Origin: a virus
Lineage: Duplodnaviria; Caudoviricetes
Virus record (IMG/VR): IMGVR_UViG_3300012041_000053
Location: 1 to 28,625 of that record
DNA length: 28,625 nucleotides
Strand: one strand, 5' to 3'
Below are positions 9,123 through 17,541 of the stretch, piece by piece (within the stretch, counting starts at the first letter, position 1; each line of letters starts with the position of its first letter). Position numbers and translations under genes: made by a program. A model generated the notes under the pieces. That model ran no database searches. It saw only the letters and a list, made by a program, of their open reading frames with translations, and was not told the origin of the DNA.

Positions 9123-10049
9123 ATGAGAAAATTAAAATTTGATTTAGATATTGACCCAAATGCGTTGCTTTGTCCTAACCCAACGGAGTTTTATAGTAAA
9201 GCATATCTAACCGAAGATATAGTAGATAATTACCGTACTTTGCCAGGTATTAAGTATGCTACAAAGATAGCTAACGCTAACTTTACCAACATATTAAGTG
9301 CTTCAACTTGTGAATTTCAAGCTGGTGCAAGTGCTTTAAGTGCTATTACTATTGATGTATGTGCAGTAAGTGCAATGGCTGAAATTTGCCGTTTCGATTT
9401 AGAACAATCTTTTGTAAGTGAACAAATGGTTAAAGGTTCTAATGGTTCATTTGAAGTTGCTTCATTTATGAATCACTATTGGGGTGAAATGTCAAAAGAA
9501 ATTGAACAAGAAATTGAACAAATTCGTTGGAAAGGTAATACTACTTTAACTGGTGGTACTGTATTAGCTTTATGTGATGGTTATGAAAAAGGATTGTTAG
9601 GTGATGCTTTAGTAAATGATGTTACTTTAACTGCTGTAACTGTAAATAATGTATTAGCTGCAATGGCTGCTGTTTATGCTTCATTAGCTACAAATGCACC
9701 AGCATTAATTAATAAAACTGCTGATTTAAGATTTTACGTTGCTGCAAACGTTGCTGCTGCTTTTAGACAAGCGGTTGCTGCTGGTAATACTAATGCTTAC
9801 TTAACTAAAAACCTAGACCTTACTTACTTAGATATTAAAATTGTTGTTGCACAAGGTATGACAAGTTCTAAAATGGTACTTACATTAAAAGATAATATGA
9901 TTTATGCTTTTGATGCTGAGGGTGATGGTAAAGCATTGAAAGCTATTGATTTAAGTGATACAATTGCTGAACCTAAATTAAGAACTAGAGCCAATATGAA
10001 AATTGGATTTAAACATATTAACGGTGCTGAAATCGTATATTACAACTAA
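9123..10049 (+). CDS. Major capsid protein
   Basis: 308 aa, follows the protease/scaffold and is followed by a strong terminator. EIEQIRWKG...LCDG resembles the HK97-fold E..xW.G...DG pattern. Confidence 0.8.
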   Translation: MRKLKFDLDIDPNALLCPNPTEFYSKAYLTEDIVDNYRTLPGIKYATKIANANFTNILSASTCEFQAGASALSAITIDVCAVSAMAEICRFDLEQSFVSEQMVKGSNGSFEVASFMNHYWGEMSKEIEQEIEQIRWKGNTTLTGGTVLALCDGYEKGLLGDALVNDVTLTAVTVNNVLAAMAAVYASLATNAPALINKTADLRFYVAANVAAAFRQAVAAGNTNAYLTKNLDLTYLDIKIVVAQGMTSSKMVLTLKDNMIYAFDAEGDGKALKAIDLSDTIAEPKLRTRANMKIGFKHINGAEIVYYN

Positions 10050-10074
10050 TATCAATTAATATAAATAATTTAAT

Positions 10075-10103
10075 AAGGCTGGTTAGTTATAGCCAGCCTT
10101 TAT
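10075..10103 (+). terminator. Rho-independent terminator
   Basis: AAGGCTGGTTA-gtta-TAGCCAGCCTT hairpin followed by T-rich bases. Confidence 0.8.
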
Positions 10104-10131
10104 TATAAAACCTAAATACAAATATAATACT

Positions 10132-10650
10132 ATGGCTTGTACAACAATTACTTCAATCCTAAAAGATTGTTTAAATAATACTGGTGGTATATATGAGTTA
10201 TGGATTCAAGACCAAGATTTAGTTCAAGATTTAGCTACTGCTACTATTACTGAATCAGCACATACAATAACTGCTTTAACTGCTTCAACTGATTTTACTA
10301 AATTCGAATTTAAACGTAATGTAGGTGAATTAAGAGTAGATAGCGCAATTGATTTATTGAATGGTTCTAATATCCATAATGTAACTGTTACCATTAAACT
10401 AACACGAAGAGAGGGAACTAAAAGTAGAGCAATCACTATATTAGGTGAGGGGCAAAGGTTCTTAGCTTTAATCATTAAATCCGCTGATGGTACTTATTCT
10501 TATGTAGATTATGCACAATTATCAGTATCAAATGAATCAACTGGTGTAGCAAAAGAAGATGGTTCAGTATATGAATTAACTTTCTTAGCTAATAATGACC
10601 ATAAACCTTACTTTATTGAGAGTGCAGTAGTTGCAACGTTAACTACTTAA
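10132..10650 (+). CDS. Putative major tail tube protein
   Basis: 172 aa beta-rich protein: MAC...DC.NNTGGI start, FTKFEF, STGVAKEDGSVYELTF. Followed by its own terminator. Confidence 0.6.
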   Translation: MACTTITSILKDCLNNTGGIYELWIQDQDLVQDLATATITESAHTITALTASTDFTKFEFKRNVGELRVDSAIDLLNGSNIHNVTVTIKLTRREGTKSRAITILGEGQRFLALIIKSADGTYSYVDYAQLSVSNESTGVAKEDGSVYELTFLANNDHKPYFIESAVVATLTT

Positions 10651-10671
10651 ACTAATTAATATAAAAAATGT

Positions 10672-10697
10672 AAAAGCTACACATGATGTAGCTTTTT
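10672..10697 (+). terminator. Rho-independent terminator
   Basis: AAAAGCTACA-catga-TGTAGCTTTT hairpin. Confidence 0.8.
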
Positions 10698-10731
10698 CTA
10701 TTTAATAAAACAATATATTAAACAATGAATA

Positions 10732-11121
10732 ATGATATTAATTAATAAGAATACATTAAATAAAGTAGTTTTAACATTAGATGAATCAAGTAGAATTAGC
10801 AATCCTTTTTACCTTTTCCAGTTTATTAATGAATATGGAAATGATACAACTGGTATTACATTTACTACTCCCGATATATCGCAATCCAAAAATCGTTATA
10901 ACTTATTTAATATAACTGAATCAATAACTGGTAGCACTACTGGTGGTGATAATATACCATTATCATTAACAAGTGGTCAATACCTTTACCGAGTATATGA
11001 AGCAAGTGCTTCTACGCTTCATATAAGCGCAACTACGGGAACAATAATAGAAAGTGGTAGGATGGTAGTTTCAACTGAAAATCTTCACTCTACGGACATA
11101 ATTAACAATGTATATATATAA
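10732..11121 (+). CDS. Virion structural protein, unknown function
   Basis: 129 aa Thr/Ser-rich, with GQYLYRVYE and IIESGRM. AACAATATA at 10709. Stop overlaps the portal start. Confidence 0.6.
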   Translation: MILINKNTLNKVVLTLDESSRISNPFYLFQFINEYGNDTTGITFTTPDISQSKNRYNLFNITESITGSTTGGDNIPLSLTSGQYLYRVYEASASTLHISATTGTIIESGRMVVSTENLHSTDIINNVYI

Positions 11122-12290
11122 TGAATATAAGAGATTTTTTTTTCAAAAAAGAAGACCCAAAAGTTGAAGTGATTGAATCAAATAATTATCACAATTTTTC
11201 AACTCCATTTGGTCAAATAGGTAAAGGTAATTTATCGTTACCTTATGTACGTGCTTATTCACATAACGAACCTTATATTAGATTTGGTACTGATAATTTG
11301 TTTCCACAATTGATTAATCAAATGTATTATACAAGTCCGTTAAATGGTGGTATAATCAACTTTAAGGCTAATAGTGTAATAGGTGGTGGTTATATAATTA
11401 ATTCACGAACTAAAACGGCTAAAGAAAAAGTTGATGAATATACTTTTACTAAACGAATTAATTTAGATAAACTTTCAAGACAATTAACCAAAGATTTAAT
11501 TATGCACGAAAGGGTTACACTATTGATTTGTAATAAAAATGGTGTTAAAACTATTAAACGTATATCACCCGAAAAAGTGAGAAACAATGTAGATAAAACT
11601 ATCTTTACTGTTAGTGATGATTGGAGTAGAAGTATTGATATTAAACAATATCAACCATATACACCAGCTTTACAAGGTGAAAGTATCTATCTATATGAAA
11701 ATGATTTAGTTGCTGGTCAAGAATATTACCCAATACCAAGCTATTGTAGTGCAAATAACTGGATGTTTGTTGATGGTGAAATGAGTTACTTACAAAAAAG
11801 TAATATAATCAATTCAATCTTTCCAAGCTTTATGATTACAATGGCAAAGAAATTTGAAAGTGATAATGAAGTACAAGCATTTAAGAAAACAATTGATAAT
11901 GCCAAAGGCGCACCCGATGCTGGTAGAATTATGACCTTTGTAAGTGAGTTTCCCGAAAATTTACCTACTGTAACTGCTTTACCTCAAAATAATAATGATA
12001 AACTATTTGTTGAAACTGTAACTAACTTAGAAGCAAATATATGTAGAGCGCACCAAATTGACCCTTTGATTATGGGAATTAGAGTAAGTGGTAAATTAGG
12101 TAGTGGTAATGAGTTAAAGCAATCATATACTATATTTGAAAAGAATATAGTAATTCCATTAAGACGACAAATGACCGAGATTTTTAATGATATAATGATA
12201 ATTGGTGGTTTTGTTTCAACTATTGAAATCAATAACTTTCAAATTATCGAAGAACAAATAATACAAGCAAAAGAAAATTCAAATGAGTAA
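11121..12290 (+). CDS. Portal protein
   Basis: 389 aa. FGTDNLFPQ, YYPIPSY and ICRAHQIDPLIMGI...F.KNIVIPLRRQMTEIFN match the HK97-type portal C-terminal pattern. Confidence 0.8.
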   Translation: MNIRDFFFKKEDPKVEVIESNNYHNFSTPFGQIGKGNLSLPYVRAYSHNEPYIRFGTDNLFPQLINQMYYTSPLNGGIINFKANSVIGGGYIINSRTKTAKEKVDEYTFTKRINLDKLSRQLTKDLIMHERVTLLICNKNGVKTIKRISPEKVRNNVDKTIFTVSDDWSRSIDIKQYQPYTPALQGESIYLYENDLVAGQEYYPIPSYCSANNWMFVDGEMSYLQKSNIINSIFPSFMITMAKKFESDNEVQAFKKTIDNAKGAPDAGRIMTFVSEFPENLPTVTALPQNNNDKLFVETVTNLEANICRAHQIDPLIMGIRVSGKLGSGNELKQSYTIFEKNIVIPLRRQMTEIFNDIMIIGGFVSTIEINNFQIIEEQIIQAKENSNE

Positions 12291-12807
12291 TTACTTTATA
12301 ACTGAAAATTACCTTAGAGCAAATGGTATAATTGGTGCAAACGTTGATGTTAATGATTATAAAGCTACTACTGAATTTTCAGCAAAGGCTTTTATTAAAC
12401 CAATGTTAGGAACACACTTTTTTAACGATTTGTTTATTAAATACAATGCACAAACATTAAGTACTGATGAAGAAACATTAGTTGAAGCTATGCAAAAGTG
12501 TATTGCATTTAGAATCAAAGCACAAGCGGTACTTGAATTAAGCTACCAGCTGACAAATAAAGGCTTAATGCGCCAAAGTGATGATAATGCTACAAGTGCT
12601 GATAAGGGTGAAGTAGCGTGGTTATATGACCATTATATAAGTCATGTGAAAATGTTTGAAATCGACCTTAAAAACTACTTAATAGATAATAAAGATTTAT
12701 ATCCCGAATTTATGAGTGCTTTAAATACTGATAGTAATATTAAAATCAGTTGTTGTAAGAACGGCAAAGATGATTTTAATGAGGGTGTAGGATTCTTATT
12801 TATATAA
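12283..12807 (+). CDS. Putative head-tail adaptor
   Basis: Helical 174 aa after the portal, with IKPMLGTHFF, LTNKG and YLIDNKDLYPEF. Confidence 0.55.
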   Translation: MSNYFITENYLRANGIIGANVDVNDYKATTEFSAKAFIKPMLGTHFFNDLFIKYNAQTLSTDEETLVEAMQKCIAFRIKAQAVLELSYQLTNKGLMRQSDDNATSADKGEVAWLYDHYISHVKMFEIDLKNYLIDNKDLYPEFMSALNTDSNIKISCCKNGKDDFNEGVGFLFI

Positions 12808-12834
12808 AATAATATAAACTAATTAATTTACCTA

Positions 12835-13083
12835 ATGGATTCATATTTACCATATATCATAAGTATTGCAATTGGTGTAATAGCTTATTTTCTTAAAGGA
12901 ACTATTGAAGATTTAAAGGATTTAGAAAAAACTGTTCAAGAAAATAAAATAACGATTGAAGTACTTAAATCTAATCATAATAATTTAGGTGAAAAGCTTG
13001 ATGATTTATATTTATTAATAAAAGAAGTTCAAGCTGACTTAAAAGTAATGGCTCGATATAACCAAATGAAAGGTAAAGAATAA
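12835..13083 (+). CDS. Single-TM coiled-coil protein (holin/antiholin-like)
   Basis: N-terminal hydrophobic YIISIAIGVIAYFL followed by heptad repeats. Confidence 0.55.
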   Translation: MDSYLPYIISIAIGVIAYFLKGTIEDLKDLEKTVQENKITIEVLKSNHNNLGEKLDDLYLLIKEVQADLKVMARYNQMKGKE

Positions 13084-13124
13084 ATTTTATATTAAACAAT
13101 ATAAAGATAACATAAATAAAAAAA

Positions 13125-13838
13125 ATGGAAGAAATGAGTTTAACAAGCGCAAGCGAATTTAATAATCTAGGTGCTGGTATTGGTGCTGGTGGTTTTGGTG
13201 GTTTTGGTGGTAGTATGGGTGGTTTTGGATTAATAGGATTAGTTGGATTAAAAGACCTATTTGATAGAGATAGAAAAGGTGATGATGGTTGTGCAAAAGA
13301 AATAGCAACTTTAGCGGCTATAAGCAATTTAAAGGATGTAACCATAGCTGAAACAAGAGCAATTGATATGGCTATATGTGATGTAAAAGCTAATGTAAAA
13401 GATGCACTATATGCAACTGCAATACAAGCTGAAAGAAATACAAACGATATTAAAACACAAGCACAAGCTTTTCAAATTGCCAATGATAGAAAATTTGATG
13501 AAATTTCAAGAGAGGGTGAAAGAAATACTGCTTTAATTTTAGCTAAAATTAATCAAGATAAAATTGATGATTTACGTGATAGTTTACACCTTGAAAGACG
13601 TAGAGTTGATGCAAGAGAATTAGAAATTAATGTAACTAATTCAAATACTTCAATTCAGCAACAACTTCAAGCACAAGCACAACAACAACAACAAAAACAA
13701 ATGGAAGATAGATTTGCTCACGATAGAAAATTTGACTTACTTTTCGCACAAGTTGCAAAAGCCAGTCAAGATATAATTAACGTTGGTGGATTAATGGTAG
13801 GTAGTTCAAATACTGCAAACCCAACAAACATTAAATAA
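13125..13838 (+). CDS. Gly-rich/hydrophobic N-terminus, coiled-coil, Gln-rich protein of unknown function
   Basis: GAGIGAGGFGGFGGSMGGFGLIGLVGL, then long helices and QQQLQAQAQQQQQ. Flanked by AACAATATA (13095) and a terminator (13862). Confidence 0.85.
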   Translation: MEEMSLTSASEFNNLGAGIGAGGFGGFGGSMGGFGLIGLVGLKDLFDRDRKGDDGCAKEIATLAAISNLKDVTIAETRAIDMAICDVKANVKDALYATAIQAERNTNDIKTQAQAFQIANDRKFDEISREGERNTALILAKINQDKIDDLRDSLHLERRRVDARELEINVTNSNTSIQQQLQAQAQQQQQKQMEDRFAHDRKFDLLFAQVAKASQDIINVGGLMVGSSNTANPTNIK

Positions 13839-13861
13839 TTAACAAATTAATTAATTTGATT

Positions 13862-13887
13862 AAACCATTCTTTTAGGATGGTTTTTT
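13862..13887 (+). terminator. Rho-independent terminator
   Basis: AAACCATTCT-ttt-AGGATGGTTT followed by Ts. Confidence 0.8.
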
Positions 13888-13918
13888 CATTTAAAACAAT
13901 ATATAAATAAATTAAGTT

Positions 13919-14134
13919 ATGGATAAAGAAGATAAATTATTAGAAGATTTTAGAAATATTTTTAGTACTAATCTAAAAGATTGTAAGATAATAGCAATGA
14001 GTGAATTTTTTAAAGAATATTTCAATAGTGAAATTGATAATACTGATTTAATCAATCAAAACAATCAATTGATTAATGAAAATCAAAGATTAAGAAAAAT
14101 AATTAATATAATGAGAGTATTAAATAATAAATAA
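13919..14134 (+). CDS. Hypothetical small coiled-coil protein
   Basis: 71 aa. AACAATATA at 13895. Stop overlaps the next ATG. Confidence 0.6.
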   Translation: MDKEDKLLEDFRNIFSTNLKDCKIIAMSEFFKEYFNSEIDNTDLINQNNQLINENQRLRKIINIMRVLNNK

Positions 14135-14277
14135 TGGCTAAAGTAAATAAACCAATTTCAATTATTAGAATAGATAAACCTAAGAAAAATAATAAAGGTA
14201 TTCATAGTAAGAAAAAAGCTTCAAAACTTAAAACTTCTAAGAACTATAAAAAAAGATATAACCGACAAGGGAAATGA
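14134..14277 (+). CDS. Small very basic protein (47 aa), below the ORF-track cutoff
   Basis: MAKVNKPISIIRIDKPKKNNKGIHSKKKASKLKTSKNYKKRYNRQGK. Coupled to both neighbours (TAATG and ATGA overlaps). Confidence 0.8.
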   Translation: MAKVNKPISIIRIDKPKKNNKGIHSKKKASKLKTSKNYKKRYNRQGK

Positions 14278-14489
14278 ATAAGTATCTAAAAGAGATTTTA
14301 AGCGATAATAAAGGACAATTAAGTAGTAAACGATGTGTAGGAGTATTAGCTTCAATATCGTTGCTTATATCTTCTTATTTCTATCCAACTACTGAAATAT
14401 TTTCAATGGTATTAGGATTAGCATTGGGTGGTTTAGGATTGTCAAGTATAGATAAACACATAGACAAAGATAAAACTAACAATCAATAG
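14274..14489 (+). CDS. Putative holin (2 TM)
   Basis: GQLSSKR followed by two hydrophobic segments and a charged tail. Upstream of the endolysin. Confidence 0.6.
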   Translation: MNKYLKEILSDNKGQLSSKRCVGVLASISLLISSYFYPTTEIFSMVLGLALGGLGLSSIDKHIDKDKTNNQ

Positions 14490-14564
14490 TGCTAACTATT
14501 AGTTCTATCAAAATCTATTATGGTGATTAATACAATAGTAGGCACTATCCAAAACTATATTAAT

Positions 14565-14630
14565 CTATATAAATAAATAACACAAATAGTATAATAAAGT
14601 GATATAGTTCGCCCAGTTAAGTCTAGTCAT
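14565..14630 (-). CDS. Possible 21-aa hydrophobic peptide
   Basis: MTRLNWANYITLLYYLCYLFI*. Preceded by a TAAAAATATAAT initiation region and a consensus promoter. Confidence 0.35.
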   Translation of the reverse strand: MTRLNWANYITLLYYLCYLFI

Positions 14631-14650
14631 ATTATATTTTTATTATAGAA

Positions 14651-14682
14651 CAAAGGTACATTAAATTTTTAACTATTCCAAA
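14651..14682 (-). promoter_or_regulatory. Bacteroidota sigmaA-type promoter, antisense in the lysis region
   Basis: Minus strand reads TTTG-N20-TACCTTTG, a full match to -33 TTTG / -7 TAnnTTTG. Confidence 0.7.
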
Positions 14683-14699
14683 TAAAAAATGTTAAAATT

Positions 14700-15155
14700 A
14701 TGAGAAATATTTCACAAGTAGGAATTGCCTTAATAAAAAAATACGAGGGTTGCAAACTTAAACCATACCTTTGCCCAGCTGGAAAAGCTACAATAGGTTG
14801 GGGTTCATGTTATTATGCTGATGGTACACCAGTTGCAATAGGTGATAAGGCGATAACACAAGCACAAGCTGATGAATTGCTATTAGCTACTTTAGAAACT
14901 TATGTTGAAGCCGTTAACTATCTAACTAAGCAACCTTTAAATCAATTTCAGTTTGATGCACTTTGTTCGTTTTGCTATAACGTTGGTGTAGGAAATTTTA
15001 AAATGAGTACATTACTTAAATTAATTAATATCAATCCTAATGACCCAAAAATAGAATCACAATTCTTACGCTGGAATAAGGTAAACAAAAAAGTTCTAAT
15101 AGGTTTAACTGCAAGGCGACAATATGAAAGTGATACTTATTTCCGTATGAAGTGA
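14700..15155 (+). CDS. Endolysin, GH24 (phage lysozyme)
   Basis: LIKKYEGCKLKPYLCPAGKATIGWG (E-x8-C-x5-T), LNQFQFDALCSFCYNVG, FLRWNK, GLTARRQYE. Confidence 0.95.
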   Translation: MRNISQVGIALIKKYEGCKLKPYLCPAGKATIGWGSCYYADGTPVAIGDKAITQAQADELLLATLETYVEAVNYLTKQPLNQFQFDALCSFCYNVGVGNFKMSTLLKLININPNDPKIESQFLRWNKVNKKVLIGLTARRQYESDTYFRMK

Positions 15156-15187
15156 AATAAGGCGTTCTAAGCAACGATAATTTTCTT

Positions 15188-15457
15188 TTGATACCTACAT
15201 ACCACATGACTAATTTTATGCTAAATAAGCTACTTGAAATGAGCGCAAATGACCAATATCTAAAACTACTTGAACTACCTACCGAGAAACTGATAAAAAA
15301 AGTATCACCAAAGGAATTAAATTTAATCATAAAGTTGTTACCGAAACACGACATACATAGTTTGGCGTTACTAATGAAACATAAGTATAACTTAATTGAT
15401 ATTGAATATTATGAAATGGTTATACCAATACAAGCTTACATAGATTATAATGATTGA
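15188..15457 (+). CDS. Hypothetical protein (start uncertain)
   Basis: 89-aa ORF from TTG. Downstream in-frame ATGs are possible starts. Confidence 0.55.
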   Translation: MIPTYHMTNFMLNKLLEMSANDQYLKLLELPTEKLIKKVSPKELNLIIKLLPKHDIHSLALLMKHKYNLIDIEYYEMVIPIQAYIDYND

Positions 15458-15524
15458 AGTGATGGGAATATTTGTTTTAGTAATAGTGATACTGATAGTA
15501 GTTGATGCAGTAGTAAGAAAGTAA
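15450..15524 (+). CDS. Possible 24-aa single-TM peptide
   Basis: MIEVMGIFVLVIVILIVVDAVVRK*, overlapping the previous stop by 8 bp. Confidence 0.45.
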   Translation: MIEVMGIFVLVIVILIVVDAVVRK

Positions 15525-15568
15525 GTTGTGATGCAAGCCTTTAGGAATTTTCTTACAAGTATAAATGT

Positions 15569-15594
15569 AAAAAAACCCTTACAAAGTAAGGGTT
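15569..15594 (-). terminator. Terminator between convergent operons
   Basis: AACCCTTAC-aaa-GTAAGGGTT with an A7 run on the left, giving a U-tract on the minus strand. Confidence 0.8.
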
Positions 15595-15601
15595 AAGTAG
15601 T

Positions 15602-16081
15602 TTATATTTGTTTTAGTTCTTCTTTACCAATTTCTATCAATGATAGTTTTTCAATTAATTTAGTAACATTTTTTAAATTAATGATTGTATGACCTTTACC
15701 TCGTTGAATTGTATTGATATATAAGTTACCTACATTAAATTCATATAATTGTAATTTATAATTACTTTTAGTCCAATCAATAGTAACTTTTTCTTTAGTT
15801 AGCATTTGTTCTTGAACACTTTTTAAATCAGTAATAAATTCAGTTAATGTTTCTTGTGAAAAAAAACCTATTATTTTAGAGTCAACAATTGTTTTGTATT
15901 CCTCATTTTGAAAGGCGATGAAAGCATAATATTTAGTAGGTGAACTATTATCAAGATATATTGCTTTTTGATAGGTTAACTCAACTGTACCAATTTTTTC
16001 ACTAAATATTGGAACTCTTTTAGTTTGACCAATTGATAAACTACTTATCAATAATACTGCTAACACTAATAACTTTTTCAT
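15602..16081 (-). CDS. Secreted/periplasmic protein
   Basis: MKKLLVLAVLLISSLSIG|Q is a Sec signal peptide with Gln at +1, typical of Bacteroidota. Confidence 0.8.
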   Translation of the reverse strand: MKKLLVLAVLLISSLSIGQTKRVPIFSEKIGTVELTYQKAIYLDNSSPTKYYAFIAFQNEEYKTIVDSKIIGFFSQETLTEFITDLKSVQEQMLTKEKVTIDWTKSNYKLQLYEFNVGNLYINTIQRGKGHTIINLKNVTKLIEKLSLIEIGKEELKQI

Positions 16082-16135
16082 ATTAATTAATTTAAATATT
16101 TGCCTACTCTATTACGTTTTCGGCTTACCGTTTTA

Positions 16136-16336
16136 TTATCTATAAATTCCATTTTCTAATTCCCACTTTTGTTTCATACTTTCAGTCTTTTGTCTATTAG
16201 CTTCACTATCGTTCATAATCTTTTGAATTTCATTTTTCTTTTGAATACTTTTAACAGTATAAAATCCACCAACAACTAATAATAATACACCAACTATAAC
16301 TGCATATACCGTATTATTCATTTTCAAGTTTTTCAT
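16136..16336 (-). CDS. Small membrane-anchored protein
   Basis: TM segment VYAVIVGVLLLVVGGFYTV followed by a charged helix. Confidence 0.7.
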   Translation of the reverse strand: MKNLKMNNTVYAVIVGVLLLVVGGFYTVKSIQKKNEIQKIMNDSEANRQKTESMKQKWELENGIYR

Positions 16337-16362
16337 AATTTCTTTGTTTTAAATTGATAGGG

Positions 16363-16394
16363 CAAAGATATATTACTTTTACCCTATCACCTAA
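16363..16394 (-). promoter_or_regulatory. sigmaA-type promoter
   Basis: Minus strand TTAG-N20-TATCTTTG upstream of 16336. Confidence 0.7.
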
Positions 16395-16414
16395 TTTTAA
16401 TTGTTAATAATTTG

Positions 16415-17287
16415 TTAAATTGTTATATCAGCTATTTCACTTGTTAAGTACTTTTGACCGACATTGTACCACCATTGGATATACTTATCTTGTGTTTCCC
16501 TATCCATATCATAAAACCCAACACAAGGTGTAATTGAACCCGTACCTACTTTAATCTTTTTAGCTTTACTATCCAAAGTATAAGGATAAGTTATAATAGG
16601 TTTTTTTGCTTCTAAGTGTTGAACTACTTCTTTGGCTGTAAAATGCGGTTTAGGTACATTTAAAGGCTCAATTTCAGTATCAGTATCATCTTCTAACTCT
16701 AAGGCTCGTTTAGTCCTATAAGCTTCTAATTTACTGTCAAAACCCTTATAGTTTTCAAGCTTGATTAAGTATTGTTTGAAATCATTTGCTTCAACTTGAA
16801 GTTGTTCACCAGCATTAGGTTCATTTGCTTTAAATCTATATGTGATTTTATTGGTCAATTTGGTATGGTGCGGTGAATATACTTCTTTACCTTTAACGTA
16901 ATATCCTAATACCTTTGCAATGGCACATTTAATATCAATCTTACGTTCATCTTTGATACCTTTATCACCTTTAACCAAAATTGGAATTTCGGAAATCTTA
17001 TTGATGATACAAATACCTACTCTTTCATAATTAAACATAGCACTTTTTATTTTAGAGTCTAAATCAAATTGTTCATATTGATTTAATTTTTTCTCAATTG
17101 GTAGTTCAACTACTTTGGTTGGTACAACTTCTTCAAATACTGCAATGGTTGGTTCTACTTTTTCAATAGTAGGTTCAACAATAAATTTTTCTAATAGAGT
17201 TGAAGTTTCTTTATCTTCATTAATAAAAGCATATAACTTTGCGAAGATAACTAATTGTTCTTTTGTAACTGTAATTGTTGCTGACAT
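16415..17287 (-). CDS. Hypothetical early protein
   Basis: 290-aa ORF with its own promoter. No family recognised. Confidence 0.8.
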   Translation of the reverse strand: MSATITVTKEQLVIFAKLYAFINEDKETSTLLEKFIVEPTIEKVEPTIAVFEEVVPTKVVELPIEKKLNQYEQFDLDSKIKSAMFNYERVGICIINKISEIPILVKGDKGIKDERKIDIKCAIAKVLGYYVKGKEVYSPHHTKLTNKITYRFKANEPNAGEQLQVEANDFKQYLIKLENYKGFDSKLEAYRTKRALELEDDTDTEIEPLNVPKPHFTAKEVVQHLEAKKPIITYPYTLDSKAKKIKVGTGSITPCVGFYDMDRETQDKYIQWWYNVGQKYLTSEIADITI

Positions 17288-17332
17288 GATATTTAATTTT
17301 ATAGATTAATGTTTGTTTCTATTTGTTGAGTG

Positions 17333-17362
17333 CAAATGTATAACTACTTTTGATATATCCAA
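17333..17362 (-). promoter_or_regulatory. sigmaA-type promoter
   Basis: Minus strand TTG-N19-TACATTTG(CA) upstream of 17287. Confidence 0.75.
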
Positions 17363-17407
17363 TACAATAAATCAATTTTAACATTTTATTAACAAAGTAG
17401 TAGAAAC

Positions 17408-17440
17408 AAAAAACCCTAACTTCTTTAGGGTCAGGGTTTT
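17408..17440 (-). terminator. Rho-independent terminator
   Basis: Minus strand AAAACCCTGAC-cctaaagaa-GTTAGGGTTTTTT. Confidence 0.8.
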
Positions 17441-17500
17441 ATCAAACAAACTTAAATTCAGCATGAATTAAAGCACAAAAGAAAGACTAATTTATAACAC
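17408..17500 (-). ncRNA. Candidate ~90-nt small RNA
   Basis: Promoter-like TTTG-N20-TAACTTTA (17536-17505) directly upstream and terminator directly downstream, with no convincing ORF between. Confidence 0.4.
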
Positions 17501-17541
17501 AATCTAAAGTTACGACAATAAATTGAATAAAACAAATATAT

